Below, piece after piece: positions 28,279-42,676 of a stretch of DNA of 64,000 nt; position 1 is the stretch's first letter, and the number at the start of each line of letters is the position of its first letter. Where the stretch lies: NCBI RefSeq assembly GCF_006345805.1, contig NC_043015.1, positions 51,956,001 through 52,020,000 on the forward strand, read 5' to 3'. Both the position numbers and the translations under genes were made by a program. Below the pieces are notes generated by a model. The model worked only from the letters and a program-made list of their open reading frames with translations, was not told where the DNA came from and did no database searches. The DNA comes from Octopus sinensis. Taxonomy: Eukaryota.

Positions 28279-29366
28279 TGCATATATATTTATTGTATCT
28301 ATGTATATATATATATATATATATATATACATACATACAATAAATATATATATGCATGTATATATATATATGTGTGTGTCGATGCATATGATTCAATGAT
28401 ATTTGTGTCTATATATATAAATGTGTGTTAGTGCGTGTTCGTCTGTGTGTGCATCCATATACGCAGGTACACGGATACACGAACATATGAACATTGCTAT
28501 GAATGCATCCGTACGTATGAGTGTATGGATGTACGTATATGAATGTATATGTTCAATGTGCGTGTACGTACGCATACATACACAGAACTCGTCCACAGAT
28601 GTACACATCTTTGTCTATGTATTTCTGTTTTTAGATCTGCAGGTGTAAGCATGTGTATTTTTGTGTACGTTTGTACGTGTACGAATGTTTCTATGCCGGG
28701 AAAAACTAGAAAAAAATAAGGGTATGAAAATGATTAAGGGAAAAAAGAACCCACATCCTGCGAATAAGGTTTGCATAAAATGGAGAGAATAGAAGTATGT
28801 ATGTCTGCAAATGTGTATGTGCTGGTCTGTTAACATATATGGTTATATGTGGCTGCGTGTGCATAGATGTGTGTGTGTGTCTGCTTGTTTGTATGTGTAT
28901 AAATGTTTTATGAGAATAAGATACATCTGGTATAATGCATATTATACAATAAAATTGTCAAACTTAGAGAATAAATAAATATACATAACGGGTATGTTTG
29001 TGTGTGTGTATATATATATATATACCTTACTGTATGTATTTATATACATAAATGTATATATATTTATGTATATACATATGCACATACATATTTATGAATA
29101 TATATATATATATATACACATACACATATACATATATATATAAATTTATATATGTATGTATTTATATACATATATATATATGTATGTGTATATATACACA
29201 CACATATATATATGTATGTATGTATGTAAATATATAAATGTGTACATATACATCTATAGGCATATATATTTTTGTATATATACATATATAGGTATGATAT
29301 ATAGGAAAATATATATAGACATATACATACATATATACATACAGACCAAAAGACAATACTTCGTGT

Positions 29367-29398
<32 letters not shown>

Positions 29399-30283
29399 TG
29401 TATGTATGTATGTATGTATGTATTGAAATCATGGGTACACTAGGACGAAAACAAAACAAAATATATCTTCGCTGAATTACCGTTATTAGATTTCCCTATT
29501 TTTTACATTATTATTATTAATTCCATATTATTTTTATGGCGTATTGACATATTTAACGAAAGTACCTCTCAGCAGCCGACATTTTATTTTTTCCTCACGC
29601 ACATTGTCGTCTGCTTCCTTCAATCAGCGCCCATCTTGAAAATGTATTCAGCTCTGAAGGAACAGAATCGCAAGATTACTGTCAGTTGTGAAACACTTGC
29701 ACGGTTTTGACCAAATTATTATGTAAGAAGACTTAACAAAAATTCTTTACTATTTCTTCATTTTTACGTTCTCTATTACATAAACCGTCAATTATTGATG
29801 GTGAGGGTAAAAAAATATTTGCTTACAAAGATATAATTTTCGCTGCTTGATTACATAACTAAAGGCAAGAGAGTGTGATTAAGTATGAGTTCAGGTTGCT
29901 TAGAACGGTAGTAAAATGTACACCAGATGTACACCCATACGCACACACACACACATTTACACATACATGCACACACATAGAGACACATGTATTGAAATAC
30001 ACAAACACACACAGACACACATGATCCTACACAAAAATTTACATAATATTTATGTACATATATGCATACACATATATTTATATTAAATATATACATACAT
30101 ATAAATATTTCAAAATCACATGCATACGCACGTACAAACATATCAGAATGTAAGTACTTACGAGTGTATGCATGCATATATATATATATATATATAGATA
30201 TATATATATACACACTAGCGTATATACGCACACTCACGCACTGGCACACACACACACACACATATATAATATATATATATATA

Positions 30284-30334
<51 letters not shown>

Positions 30335-30752
30335 GCGTAAATATAACTATCTCTGCCTATGTATATGTACGTGTGTGATTACTTATTGTGTGAAAGAGCT
30401 ATGCATGTTTGTATGTGAGAAAGAGAAAGAGAAAGAGAGAGAGAGAGAAGGAGGGAAAGAGTGAGAAGAAGATGAGGAAGGTGAAAAGAAGGATATAGAA
30501 AAGGATAGATATTAAGGGAGAAAAATATACAAGGAGTTTTGCAGATTGAAACAATGTTGTAGCATTACTTCTACATTTATCGAAAAATAAGGATTTTTAT
30601 CTAGCAGATATTTTTGGAACACCTACTGAAATTATAATCTTGGCAAATTTCTTATTACATATCTGTATGTATGTATATGTATATGTGTACACATACATAC
30701 CTATGTTAAATATCCATATTTACATACATCGATATATGTGTATATTATATAT

Positions 30753-30789
<37 letters not shown>

Positions 30790-31060
30790 CATATATATAT
30801 ATAGTGATATATATATTTATATATATATATGCATATATGTTTGTGTATGTATGTGTACGCTCAGCTCTATGAAAACGACGTTGAAAAAACAAAATATTCA
30901 CAACGTACCCTGACGCTAAGAGAGATTCTTTAAAAAAATTCGGCATATCTAATGTATAGACATATAAATACATAGCCACGCTAATTATATATACATAAAT
31001 TGTTCAGGCACACACACGTACATACATACATACATACATACATAACATACATACTCATAC

Positions 31061-31141
<81 letters not shown>

Positions 31142-31210
31142 GTGTATACGACGACGATGATTGAAAGAATAATAATAATAATAATAATAATATAATAATA
31201 ATAATAATAA

Positions 31211-31241
<31 letters not shown>

Positions 31242-31436
31242 AAGAAGAAGAAGAGAACGAAAAAGAAGAATGCTGCTGCTTATGATGATAATGATGATGA
31301 TAATAATAATGATAGTAATAATAATACTAGTACTAATAATAATGATTCTGATAATGACGATGATGATGAAGCTGATGATAATAACGATGACGATGACTAT
31401 GGTGATGATGACGTTAATAACAATAACAATAATGAT

Positions 31437-31516
<80 letters not shown>

Positions 31517-31867
31517 CAACAACAACAATATTTTCTTCATTACTAGTCACATGGTCGAACACATGGCAGGTATATAAGATGCGCGTCGATGAAAATATTC
31601 ATCGTTGATATAACTAAGCGTTACACACAAAAAGTGTCTGATATAATATTAACGAATCAGTATCAGACCTTTTGCATTTTTTTCTTTTATGCAAAATGGA
31701 AAACAAAATTGTTTTTTCAGATAGAAGCGACACTTCAGTGGCTATTTTTTTTCTTTTATTTGTTTCAGACTGCGGCCATGCTGGAGATTGTCAAAATGAT
31801 GTAGACGTCTCTGATGAGAACCCAATAATTTCCGAAAGTCGATTAAGGGTGTTCGTTACTATTTATA

Positions 31868-32000
31868 GGCGCAGGAGTGGCTCTGGTGTAAGTAGCTTCC
31901 TTAACAACCACATGGTTCCGGGTTCAGTCCCACTGCTTGGCACCTTGAGCAAGTGCTTTCTACTATAGCCTCAGGTCAACCAAAGCCTGTGTGTATATGT
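31868..32000 (+). mobile_element. Family B SINE, 5' part
   Basis: GGCGCAGGAGTGGCTC...CACATGGTTCCGGGTTCAGTCCCACTGCTTGGCACCTTGAGCAAGTG. Confidence 0.8.
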
Positions 32001-32053
32001 TGACAGAGTGAACACTACACCTGCACATATCTCCTCGTAACTGTGTGTGTGTG

Positions 32054-32109
<56 letters not shown>

Positions 32110-32504
32110 AGCTTAGAGAAGAAGAAACGAAACGAAACCCAACGAATCGAATCGAATCTACGCGAATGCACTCAGTCATACAATAGTGTAATAAATCAAA
32201 TATATGCATACATACAAACATATATGTACGTACCTACATCTACATGTATATATACATGCATATATAAATAGATATACGTGTGTACAGGACACCACAACTA
32301 GACGTAGAACTCAACGAGAAACGAAAACGTAAAAACAACGAAAAAACAGAGTACAAGACAACTACACAAGGAAAATCCCCTTCATCAGCCGTCCGTAGTT
32401 CAACTCCAGCGTGTTTCGAAGGTGAGGACAGAACACGTCTCGTCGAACAAATATAACGGGAAGATGATTAAGCAGTTCTCTCGGACCGCTGCATTGTAGA
32501 ACTA

Positions 32505-32865
32505 ACAATAAATGATCGAAGGCGAATTGCGGACACCTACCCTACAAGAAGGGCTCATGCGATATCCAACTTGAATTACCATAAATTAAACTGGAAATAC
32601 AATAAATCTGCAAAGAAATCTACCAGCAAAACTGGATCAATTGACTCTCTACAAAACGCTGACCTATATCTGAGAGTTTATGCCAAAAGTGCAAGCTATA
32701 TGCACTAATTATATTATAAATAAAAAACTGGACAGCGTATCCCAGACTAAAATTTCCAGCGATAATAAAATGCTTAATGGGGCGCAAATCTCAAAGCGGT
32801 TCAGTAGGCAACTGCAGAATAAAGATGTCTAACCTAAGTCGGACGCTCCTAGAAATTGAAAGCTG
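32505..32865 (+). pseudogene. Possible decayed N-terminal coding fragment of a Penelope-like element
   Basis: A-rich frames give ...NYHKLNWKYNKSAKKSTSKTGSIDSLQN.DLYLRV.(M)PK..., loosely like the K-L...FL..C..VIPKF N-terminal motif of PLE ORFs. Frameshifted, weak similarity. Confidence 0.3.
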
Positions 32866-33088
32866 AACCAGTCTTCCCATGAAAAGGAAAGAGCAGAAGG
32901 AGAAAGAGAGAGGGGAAAGAGGGAGTGGGTAAGAGAAAGAGAGGGATGGAAGAGAGGAATAGGTGAGATGAAGAAAGAAAGGGTGAGAGAAAGAGAGAGA
33001 GGGAGAGAGAGAAAGAGCAGCGATGAGGAAAGTATAAAAACACACCGTAAAGCTTTCTTTAAATGTGCAAACGAAACAGTAAGATTTC

Positions 33089-33378
33089 TAGTAAAGATTG
33101 TTTGCCAACATAACATGGCAGTCCTGGTTTAGGACAAATGTTGCTGTAACTTAGTCCCAGGAGACATCGTCTCCATCTGGCTATACGACCCGATCTGTGT
33201 CCTTATATTTTCGAAAAACGGAATGCAGCACCCCCACTCAGCTCAAAACAATATCTGTGTATAAGGACACAGATCGTGTCGTATAGCCAGCTGGAGACGA
33301 TGTATCCTAGGGCTAAATTACAGCAACATTCCTCCTAAATCAAGACTGCCATATTATGTTGGCAAACAATCTTTACTA
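33089..33378. mobile_element. Foldback MITE (290 bp; ~119-bp imperfect inverted arms, ~52-bp spacer)
   Basis: TAGTAAAGATTGTTTGCCAACATAACATGGCAGTC...GTGTCCTTATA (33089-33207) versus TATAAGGACAC...GACTGCCATATTATGTTGGCAAACAATCTTTACTA (33260-33378). Confidence 0.85.
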
Positions 33379-33479
33379 TAAAGTATTGTTGCTGAATATC
33401 TCACATTGTGAGATTTAAAAATAGTAATTTTCTAGTCAGATTTCCGTACAAAACGAGATTCTTGTTCCAAGGAAATGTT

Positions 33480-33905
33480 AGTACATAGGTGTCCGATGAA
33501 GACAAAGTCTGTGTCCTCCATGATGAGCGCATGTGATTCAGCAGTTGAAAGCTGGAGGAACACAGACATCCACGAATGTCACAGCGATAGTCTCTTGATT
33601 GGACTGAGGCGGATGCTGCACTATAACGTCTTTTTCTGCGGCATCGAGACGATGACACCCTTACGCTTCGAAGGCAGCTGCTGCTCGCGAGGCGAGACAC
33701 CTTCACCCTGATCGGTTCGAGTTCGAGTGGGCTAATTCCGGTCCATTTGAGGTTAATTGTCAGAGAGTTTTTGTAGCTCTATCTAGGTATTCCACATTTG
33801 AGCAAGCTCTACATGATCTCGCCGTACCACAGCTGTCTGAGTGCACGGTTGCCAGCCATTCTGATACCATGGCCTGTCCAGCGTAACAGGGACTTCAGCA
33901 ATATT
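33480..33905 (-). mobile_element. RTE-clade LINE, 3' end remnant
   Basis: Minus-strand translation LLRWTGHGIRMAGNRALRQLWYGE...SYKNSLTINLKWTGISP...RCRRKRRYSAAS...DYRCDIRGCLCSSSFQLLNHMRS. This is the RWxGHVxRM...LLYGEL...RYKD.LK.NLK plus C-terminal C2H2-type pattern of RTE/BovB-like ORFs. In-frame stops present. Confidence 0.85.
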
Positions 33906-34546
33906 GACATATGTATGCATGTGAGTGTGTGTGTGTGTATGTGTCTCTACGAGAGGGAGAGAAACAGAGTGTGTGTGAGAGTGTGTGTATATATATATGC
34001 ATAGGTATACATATGTACATATTTATACATATGTAGGTATATACACATTTATATATATATAAACATATATTTATATGCATATGTATATATATATATATGT
34101 GTGTGTGTATGTATATGTATACATATATATGTGTATACGCATGTATATAAACATATATATGCATATATATAATGTGTGTATGCATACATATATGTATATA
34201 TATATGAATATATACATACGTACAAAAACATGCACACACACACATATGCTTATGTAAGTATGTGTGTATGTGCGTGTGTGTGTGTATATATATATATCCA
34301 TATGTATGTACATATTTATACATATGTGTATAAGTGTATACACATGCATATATATACGTACAAATACATGCACCCACACATATGCATTTATGTATGTATG
34401 TATATATATGCGGATATATGTGTGTGTGCGTGTGTATATATATATATCCATATATATGTACATATTTATACATACGTATATATGTGTATACATATGTATA
34501 TATATATGTGTATATATATATATAATGTATGTATGTATGCATAAAT

Positions 34547-34583
<37 letters not shown>

Positions 34584-35329
34584 AATATATATATATACGT
34601 ACAAATACATGCACCCACACATATGTATGTATGTATGTATATACGCATGTATGTATAAGACTGTATATATTTATAAGTGGGAACAAAGCAGGAGACACGT
34701 TTATTCAGAAAACATTTTGATAACAGAAGCATTACAGTGATTGAGAGACAGAGAGAGACAAAACGGATTATAGTACTGCATAGAAAAAACAGGAAAGTGT
34801 GAAAAACATTATGAAGCTCTCCTCAGAATATTCTCTAAAAATGTTTTTTGAATTGGACATTTGTACGAAATTTTCTTTAAAACATAAAAGACTCCAAAGA
34901 ATTTACTGTCAGTGCTGTAAATACTTCTCACCTACCCAAAGAAATTTCGAGGACTTTATGAGACTGGATCTGTAGAATGTATAGTTATGTATTTACGAAT
35001 TCAGACATTTTGGCTGCAATGTTATCTTACGAAGACAAATGAAGCTGGCGGTTGTTATCAAAAAATAACTGCATAACTGTGTTTATACTTGTCATCTGTT
35101 AAAGTCAAAAGAATTGTTTGGTGTGAACTATTATAGTTCCACCTGTTATTGTTGCTTCAGTTGTTGTTGTTTTTCACGGTGGTGATGCTGGTGGTGATGA
35201 TGCTGGTGGTGCTGTTTTAACGGTGGAGACAGGGGTTAATATGAAACAGATGACGATGGATGTGATAGTGACAACTACAACGATAATTATGTCACAGACG
35301 GTAACATTTTGTCGACATGATGGCGGTAA

Positions 35330-36173
35330 TGTTGATGATAACGGTGATGATGACGGTAAGTGGGGATGATGACGGTAATGTTGATGATGACGGTGATGAT
35401 GGTAGTAATGTGATGATGACGGTAATGTTGATGATGACGGTGATGATGACGGTAATGTTGATGATGACGGTGATGATGACGGTAATGTTGATGATAACGG
35501 TGATGATGACGGTAATGTTGATGATGACGGTGATGATGGTAGTAATGTTGATGATGACGGTGATGATGGTAGTAATGTTGATGATGACGGTGATGATGAC
35601 GGTAATGTTGATGATGACGGTGATGATGACGGTAATGTTGATGATGACGGTGATGATGACGGTAATGTTGATGATGACGGTGATGATGACGGTAATGTTG
35701 ATGATGACGGTGATGATGACGGTAATGTTGATGATAACGGTGATGATGACGGTAATGTTGATGATGACGGTGATGATGACGGTAATGTTGATGATGACGG
35801 TGATGATGACGGTAATGTTGATGATGACGGTGATGATGGTAGTAATGTTGATGATGACGGTGATGATGGTAGTAATGTTGATGATGACGGTGATGATGAC
35901 GGTAATGTTGATGATGACGGTGATGATGACGGTAATGTTGATGATGACGGTGATGATGGTAGTAATGTTGATGATGACGGTGATGATGGTAGTAATGTGA
36001 TGATGACGGTGATGATGACGGTAATGTTGATGATGACGGTGATGATGACGGTAATGTTGATGATGACGGTGATGATGACGGTAATGTTGATGATGACGGT
36101 GATGATGACGGTAATGTTGATGATAATGATGATGATAATGATGATGATGATGATGTTGATGATGTTGATGATA

Positions 36174-36212
<39 letters not shown>

Positions 36213-36260
36213 ATAACGACGACGACGATTATGATGATGATGATGATGGTGATGAATGAT
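35330..36260. repeat. 30-bp minisatellite (ATGATGACGGTGATGATGACGGTAATGTTG)n, over 20 units, ending in (GAT)n
   Basis: Exact 30-bp periodicity across 35431-35970, with two recurrent variant units (GGTAGT, GATAAC). Confidence 0.95.
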
Positions 36261-36739
36261 GCTGAGGATAATAACTACTATGAGGACAGGACTTCAGTAA
36301 TGTTGGATGCGAAGATAACCTGAGAATGCGAACCGTACGAGATTCTGCAATTTCATTTTTGTTTACCGTTTCTTCCTACCGTAATTGCATCGATAAATAA
36401 TTATTATACCACACCGTAGTATCAGATAACATTTTGAAACGTACATGATTTATGCATATGCCGTACGGTTAACTAAACTATAAATGGCTTCAATTCATAA
36501 AATATGTCTATTTTACCCCCCATTTGCAACCGGTTGTTTGATTAAACTCTCATTTACAATACGGAAGTCGCGAACCGACCTTTCAAACGAGAGATTGCGT
36601 AGTAACTTAACATGGTATTACAAACGTGTATTGCATATATGATTAAAGAGAAATTTCATATTGAATTATAACTAATTTACCTGCTTTGGAATTGGGCATT
36701 CAATGAAATGTACCAGCACTGATATATTTTGTGTTTTAT

Positions 36740-36960
36740 CTGTTAGCTTTTACTGTTTTCAGTCATTGGACTGCGGCCAAGCTGGTGTACGAGCTGGACG
36801 GGTTTAGCTGAGAAAATCACTCTCAGTAATGGCTTTTGAAAGTAGGTACCAATTCTATTTTTTCCGTCTCTTTCGCTCCAACCGCTAGTGGACAGGGATG
36901 TAACCAAACCAACCTGTTGTAAGGCGATGGTAAGTGAACAAAGAAAACCACACACATACA
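36740..36960 (-). mobile_element. Family B SINE, 3' part (degenerate)
   Basis: CAGTCATTGGACTGCGGCCAAGCTGG...CCGCTAGT...GGATGTAA..AAACCAAC. Confidence 0.7.
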
Positions 36961-37015
36961 CACATGCATACATACATTCATACATATGTATATATGTATT
37001 ATGTATGTATGTATG

Positions 37016-37046
<31 letters not shown>

Positions 37047-37249
37047 GTATGTATGTATACATTTCGTCACTAAGTATGATCAAGGGTGCTAAAGCACCTA
37101 CATTGCGAAAAATAAGAGTTAAAATACTCTTAATGATGTAAGACGAATCCAATACATATATACACTGATAGTGGCGGTTATACACGCACACACACACACA
37201 GACACACATACACACACGCACACGCACATACACACTTAAAAATAGATAG

Positions 37250-37540
37250 ATGCAGTGGTTAGAACGTCGAGCTGACTATCGTGTGGTTGTGAGTTTGAAT
37301 CCCGGACCGGGTTGCATGTTGTGTTGCTGAGCAAGACACTTTATTTCACATTGATCCAGTTCGTTCAGCTGTAGAAATGAGTTGCTAGTGTTGTGTCCGC
37401 TGTTGCCTTTCCCTTGGATAACACAGGTGGCCGGTGTGCATGGGCGACTTCTAGCCTTCCACAAACAACCTTGCCCGGACTTGTGACTGGGAGGATAACT
37501 TTCTAGGGGCAATTCCATGGTCAGGCGTGACCGAAGGGGG
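37250..37540 (+). mobile_element. tRNA-derived SINE (family C), near full length
   Basis: GCAGTGGTTAGAACGTCGAGC...GAGTTTGAATCCCGG, CTGAGCAAGACACTTTATTTCAC, tail CCATGGTCAGGCGTGACCGAAGGGGG. Confidence 0.8.
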
Positions 37541-38132
37541 TTACAGCACATATATACATATATATTTAAGGTGTATTCTGCTAGGAACGTATTAAAGTGC
37601 TAAATAGAGCTCGTTCACTCTTAGAAGTACCAGATAACTGGTGGTAGTACGGTATACTTCCAATTCTAGGTTTAGGCATTCTACAAGATTTAAACGAGGC
37701 AGATAGATGTCTTAGCATCGAAGTGGAAGGTTTTGTAACTGACGAGGACAGCAATTGTATAACACCTGAAGAAATACCACTGGATCACATTATACAGTTA
37801 AACCATTACATAATTTTTAATCCTGTATATATGTGGATCTATGTTGTATGGAAACGTGTATAGTGATTATTAGATAACTGTCTAACCTTACTCCTTCTTG
37901 TGGTCTCTGTCTTATTCAATTATTCTTGGAGAAAAACCTATATAAAAAGAATTGAAGAGAACTACAGCATGACCTTTAAAAGACATATAGAGGACACATG
38001 GAAAATGTACCTCGATGATTGTTTCCTAATTTGGACTAAATCCCTAGAAAATCTGGATGAATTCAATACCCACCTCAATAATCTACACCCAAGTCTTAAA
38101 TTCACAGGAGAAATGAGCAACACGCAAATACC

Positions 38133-38380
38133 TATTTCTTTATTACCCACAAGGGGCTAAACACAGAGGGGACAAACAAGGACAGACATAGGTATTAAGT
38201 CGATTACATCGACCCCAGTGCGTAACTGGTACTTAATTTATCGACCCCGAAAGGATGAAAGGCAAAGTCGACCTCGGCGGAATTTGAACTCACAACGTAA
38301 CGCAGACGAAATACCGCTAAGCATTTCGCCCGGCGTGCTAACGTTTCTGCCAGCTCGCCGCCTTTTCTGCCAGCTCGCCG
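38133..38380 (-). mobile_element. Family A SINE inserted into the PLE RT region
   Basis: Near-consensus copy. CGCAAATACC is duplicated at 38123-38132 and 38379-38388, and the PLE frame resumes after it. Confidence 0.9.
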
Positions 38381-39129
38381 CAAATACCATTAATTAATAT
38401 AATGGTAATTAATAACAAATCACAATCACAACTTATATTGGTTACAAAAGTGCAGATACACGCCAGTACCTAAATTTCAAATCATGCCACCCAACACACA
38501 CAAAACGCTGCATCCCGAACTGTGTAGTCGGGAATATATGACTTATAGAACTCAAGGAATTTCTGCTGAAGCAAAATTACCCTCTCCGACTTATAGAAAA
38601 TAGAATCCATTAGAACAAAAAATTAACAGATTTTCGCAAAAGCAGATATGAACTGCAAAGGCAGAAATTTGATCTACTGTATTAAATGCCCGAATTGTGA
38701 AGAATTATATATAGTCGAGACAGGGAATTCATTATGGTAACGCTCACGAGTCCACAGACAACAAATCCGAAACACCAATGTTCGCCAAATTCTACTGAGC
38801 GAACATATAGAGACATGTGGTGAGAAAATGTTTCAATATTCCCTTTCCACAAACTGCATGACACAAGCGATGTTGGAAGAAAGATAAAAGAAAAACAATT
38901 TATTAATATGTTGAAACATGTTCTGAATGAAAATAACAGCAATAATATAACAAGTTAATAATGTGGATCAATAAATACAAACATGTTACAAAATATCAGA
39001 ACGCCTGGAAAAACGTGATTTTTAAGTGCATTCAGATTGGTCAAAAAGGCATTCTAAAATTTAGTTTGGTGGAGCGTTCTAAGAGGTGCTAAAGTTATAT
39101 CAAGAACTCATCTGTTAGCTAAACACATT

Positions 39130-39171
39130 TGAAATCTGATGAGTACATTATGTATGAAATCGCTAATTTTG
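39130..39171 (+). ncRNA. Type I hammerhead ribozyme in the PLE 3' UTR / pseudo-LTR (pLTR)
   Basis: TGAAAT-CTGATGA-GTACA(TTA)TGTAT-GAAA-TCGC-T-A-ATTTTG: 6-bp stem I (2 G-U), 5-bp stem II, intact core, minimal stem III. Predicted cleavage after A39165. Confidence 0.75.
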
Positions 39172-39203
39172 TTAAAATACTATTATTAAAAAACGTTAAA
39201 ATC

Positions 39204-39560
<357 letters not shown>

Positions 39561-40928
39561 TTATATATATATATATATACATACATATATATATGTGTGT
39601 GTGTATGTATGTATATATGTATGTTTATATATCCGAGCTTCATTTTGTTTTTTCATCTATTCGGTGTCGATTAAATAAATACCAGCTGAGCACTGGGGCC
39701 GATCTAATCGTCTACACCCGTCCCTAACTACTTCAGGACTTGCCCTTATTGAAGAAAGGCTTATACACGCCATTGTTCGATTATTTAGATCCTGCTCTTA
39801 AATGCTTTTGACAAGATTTGTTTATTACAGAGCGAAAGCATTACGACGGAGTAAATATCGATTGAGACCAACACACTAGTACAGATCCACACGGTATATG
39901 CTCACCTTTAATGACTGTCTGCACAATGTCCTAAATGCTACATAAAGTTCGTTCAATAACTTTTGCTAACCGATCTGTTATGGTTTTATTAATGAGTGCT
40001 ACGAAAATGACCCCCAGCAATGACAGATCATAACCTACGGGATTTTTCCTTGTAGTTCTCTTCCATTGGCTGAAAATATTTCACATTTTATTAAGCCTAT
40101 TATCGCAATGTTGTTAATATCATGATAATGTTTTATTTGCTATGGGTTTTGGAGCTCCTATGCACTTCTACTAAAGTGCATTTCTGATATGGAAGTAATT
40201 TATCAAACTAATAAGTGACCTTTTCTATCTGCATCGTGGACATACTGTACAGCTTTCATATTGCTGATAAATTAGTTGGAGCTATTATATATAATGGAAT
40301 TGATGCTAGGCTGTTAGAATGGGTTAAAGCGGGTGTATCGAGTTCAATAGTTAGTATACTCTAGTATTTATTTATCGAAATTAATGGAATGGTCGAATTG
40401 GCTTTTGACGTAGGGATGTACAACTTGATGGATTAAACTGACAACTGCATAAAGAAATGCAATATGTGCGCATATACAGAAGTGTAGGTCCTTGAGTCAT
40501 ATGTCTGGTTTACAGCTAATAAATAAACATACCCCACACTCCATACACTCATCTCTGTAAGGGATCCACTTTGAAGTAATACTTCGTAACATATGCTATA
40601 TGCATGTATATATGATATGTATGTGTGTGTCTGTGTGTGGGTATGTATAAATAAACCTATTATATATTTGTGAGTGTGTGTATGTGTGTGTATGCAAATA
40701 TGAATGTACATATGAGAATGCATAGACTGCTGCATATAAACATGCATACGTGCATGCGTATCTGTAGACAGACGGACAGGCAGACAGGCAGGCAGGCAGA
40801 CAGATAGACAGACCGACAGATAAATAGATAAATGGAGAGATAGATAGACAGACACATACAGACAAACAGACATGCAACCAGACAGACGTCCAGACTGATA
40901 GACAGACATACATACATACATACAGACT

Positions 40929-41004
<76 letters not shown>

Positions 41005-41024
41005 GAAATAGAGAAATAGATATT

Positions 41025-41091
<67 letters not shown>

Positions 41092-41524
41092 TTAGATATT
41101 CACGACAGACTTCCATACAATTTCCATCTACCAATTTTACTCAGGCGACATTAATCGGCCCGGCATTATAATAGAAGATACTTGCCCTAGGTGCAAAGTA
41201 AGGGAACAGAATCCGAAAGGACTAGGTTGCAAAGCGAGCCTTTTAACCCCTAAACCATTATCTGTGACTATATGGAGAAAATATGAACATAATCACGTGC
41301 AGAGTGAAAATGGCGGAGAACAGAACTGCTGCCATTGTATTCGTCCTCGTTGTTGCTGTTGTTGCTTTTGTTGTTGTTATTGTTGTTGTTGTTGTTGTTG
41401 ATGATGATGTTATTGCCACGTATCAGTTATACTCTCCCGAGTTAGATGCATAATCAAACAATACACCTGTGACCATCGCGACGATGTAGTGTTTTTTCCT
41501 TTTTTCAGAGTACAGTAACAATCT

Positions 41525-42065
41525 TGTGTCTTTTCTCTTTTACTTGTTTCAGGCATTAGACTGCGGCCATGCTGGGGCACCGCCTTCATGAATTTTTAGT
41601 CGAATGAATCGACCCATGTACTTATTTTGATTTATATTTTTTGTTAAAAACGACTGGTATTTATTCTATCGTACACTTTTGCCGAACCGTTAAATGACGG
41701 GGATGTAAACACTCCAACACCGGTTGTGAAGCGGTGAATCCGGAGGACAAACAAGGACACAAAGGCACATATACACACACGCACGCACAACCACACACAC
41801 GAGCACGCACACACACGTACACACACGCACACACATGCACACGCACACACATGCACAAACATGCACACACACGCACACACATATCCATTTATGGGTCAGG
41901 TTTCTTTCACTTTCTGTGTACCAAATCCATTGAAAAAAAAGAAAGACTTCAGTCGGCCCAAGTCTATAGCCTAAGACGCTTGCCCAAGTTGTCACGCTGT
42001 GGAACTGAACCCGGAACCATGTAGTTGGGAAGGACGCTTATCACCGTACAACCACGCCTACGCCT
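41525..42065 (-). mobile_element. Family B SINE with expanded internal (CA)n
   Basis: GACTGCGGCCATGCTGGGGCACCGCC...GCCGAACCGTTAAATGACGGGGATG...GAACTGAACCCGGAACCATGT. Confidence 0.8.
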
Positions 42066-42218
42066 ATGAATATTTTTGTACCACGCTGAATATCTCAAAT
42101 TTCTGAAATTCTCAAATTAATTTTATCGAAGATTCCAATGGAACTATGATTAGGGATCATTTTTTTCCATTATAATTAAATCGATAGAAAAATGTGGACG
42201 CAAAAGGACTTCCTTTTG

Positions 42219-42249
<31 letters not shown>

Positions 42250-42676
42250 TTATTTGTTTGCAACACAGGATAATTAATGAACCGGCGAGTTTCATTCCTT
42301 ATTTACCTGTCCTCATGTTCCGAGTACCTATTCTTTCCAATGTATGGAGTGATAAAGACTGAAGATTACTTATTAGAAAATATTTTTGTAATATATTTTT
42401 TGCAAGAATGTGATGAAATAATTATTTGACAAAAAGAGAAATGGCAACACTAACAATACTGAATATTTGAACGATTAACTGTTTGACCAAAGTATGTAAC
42501 ATATTAGTTTGAAAAATTAATAAAAACCGGCTGATCGATAAATTGGTTAACAGAGTAACTAACCCATTAACTAACAATAACAATAAAGAATCGAACCAGT
42601 GCGTGTGTTTATTATTACCGGCATATTTAAACATTTTTAGTATTTAGATATATATATTTTCTTTTTTCTAGTATCT

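Noticed and set aside
41312-41455. AAAATGGCGG (YY1/Kozak-like) start of a short hydrophobic ORF near a CACGTG
   Set aside because: The hydrophobic stretch is a (GTT)n microsatellite, and there is no CpG-rich promoter context.
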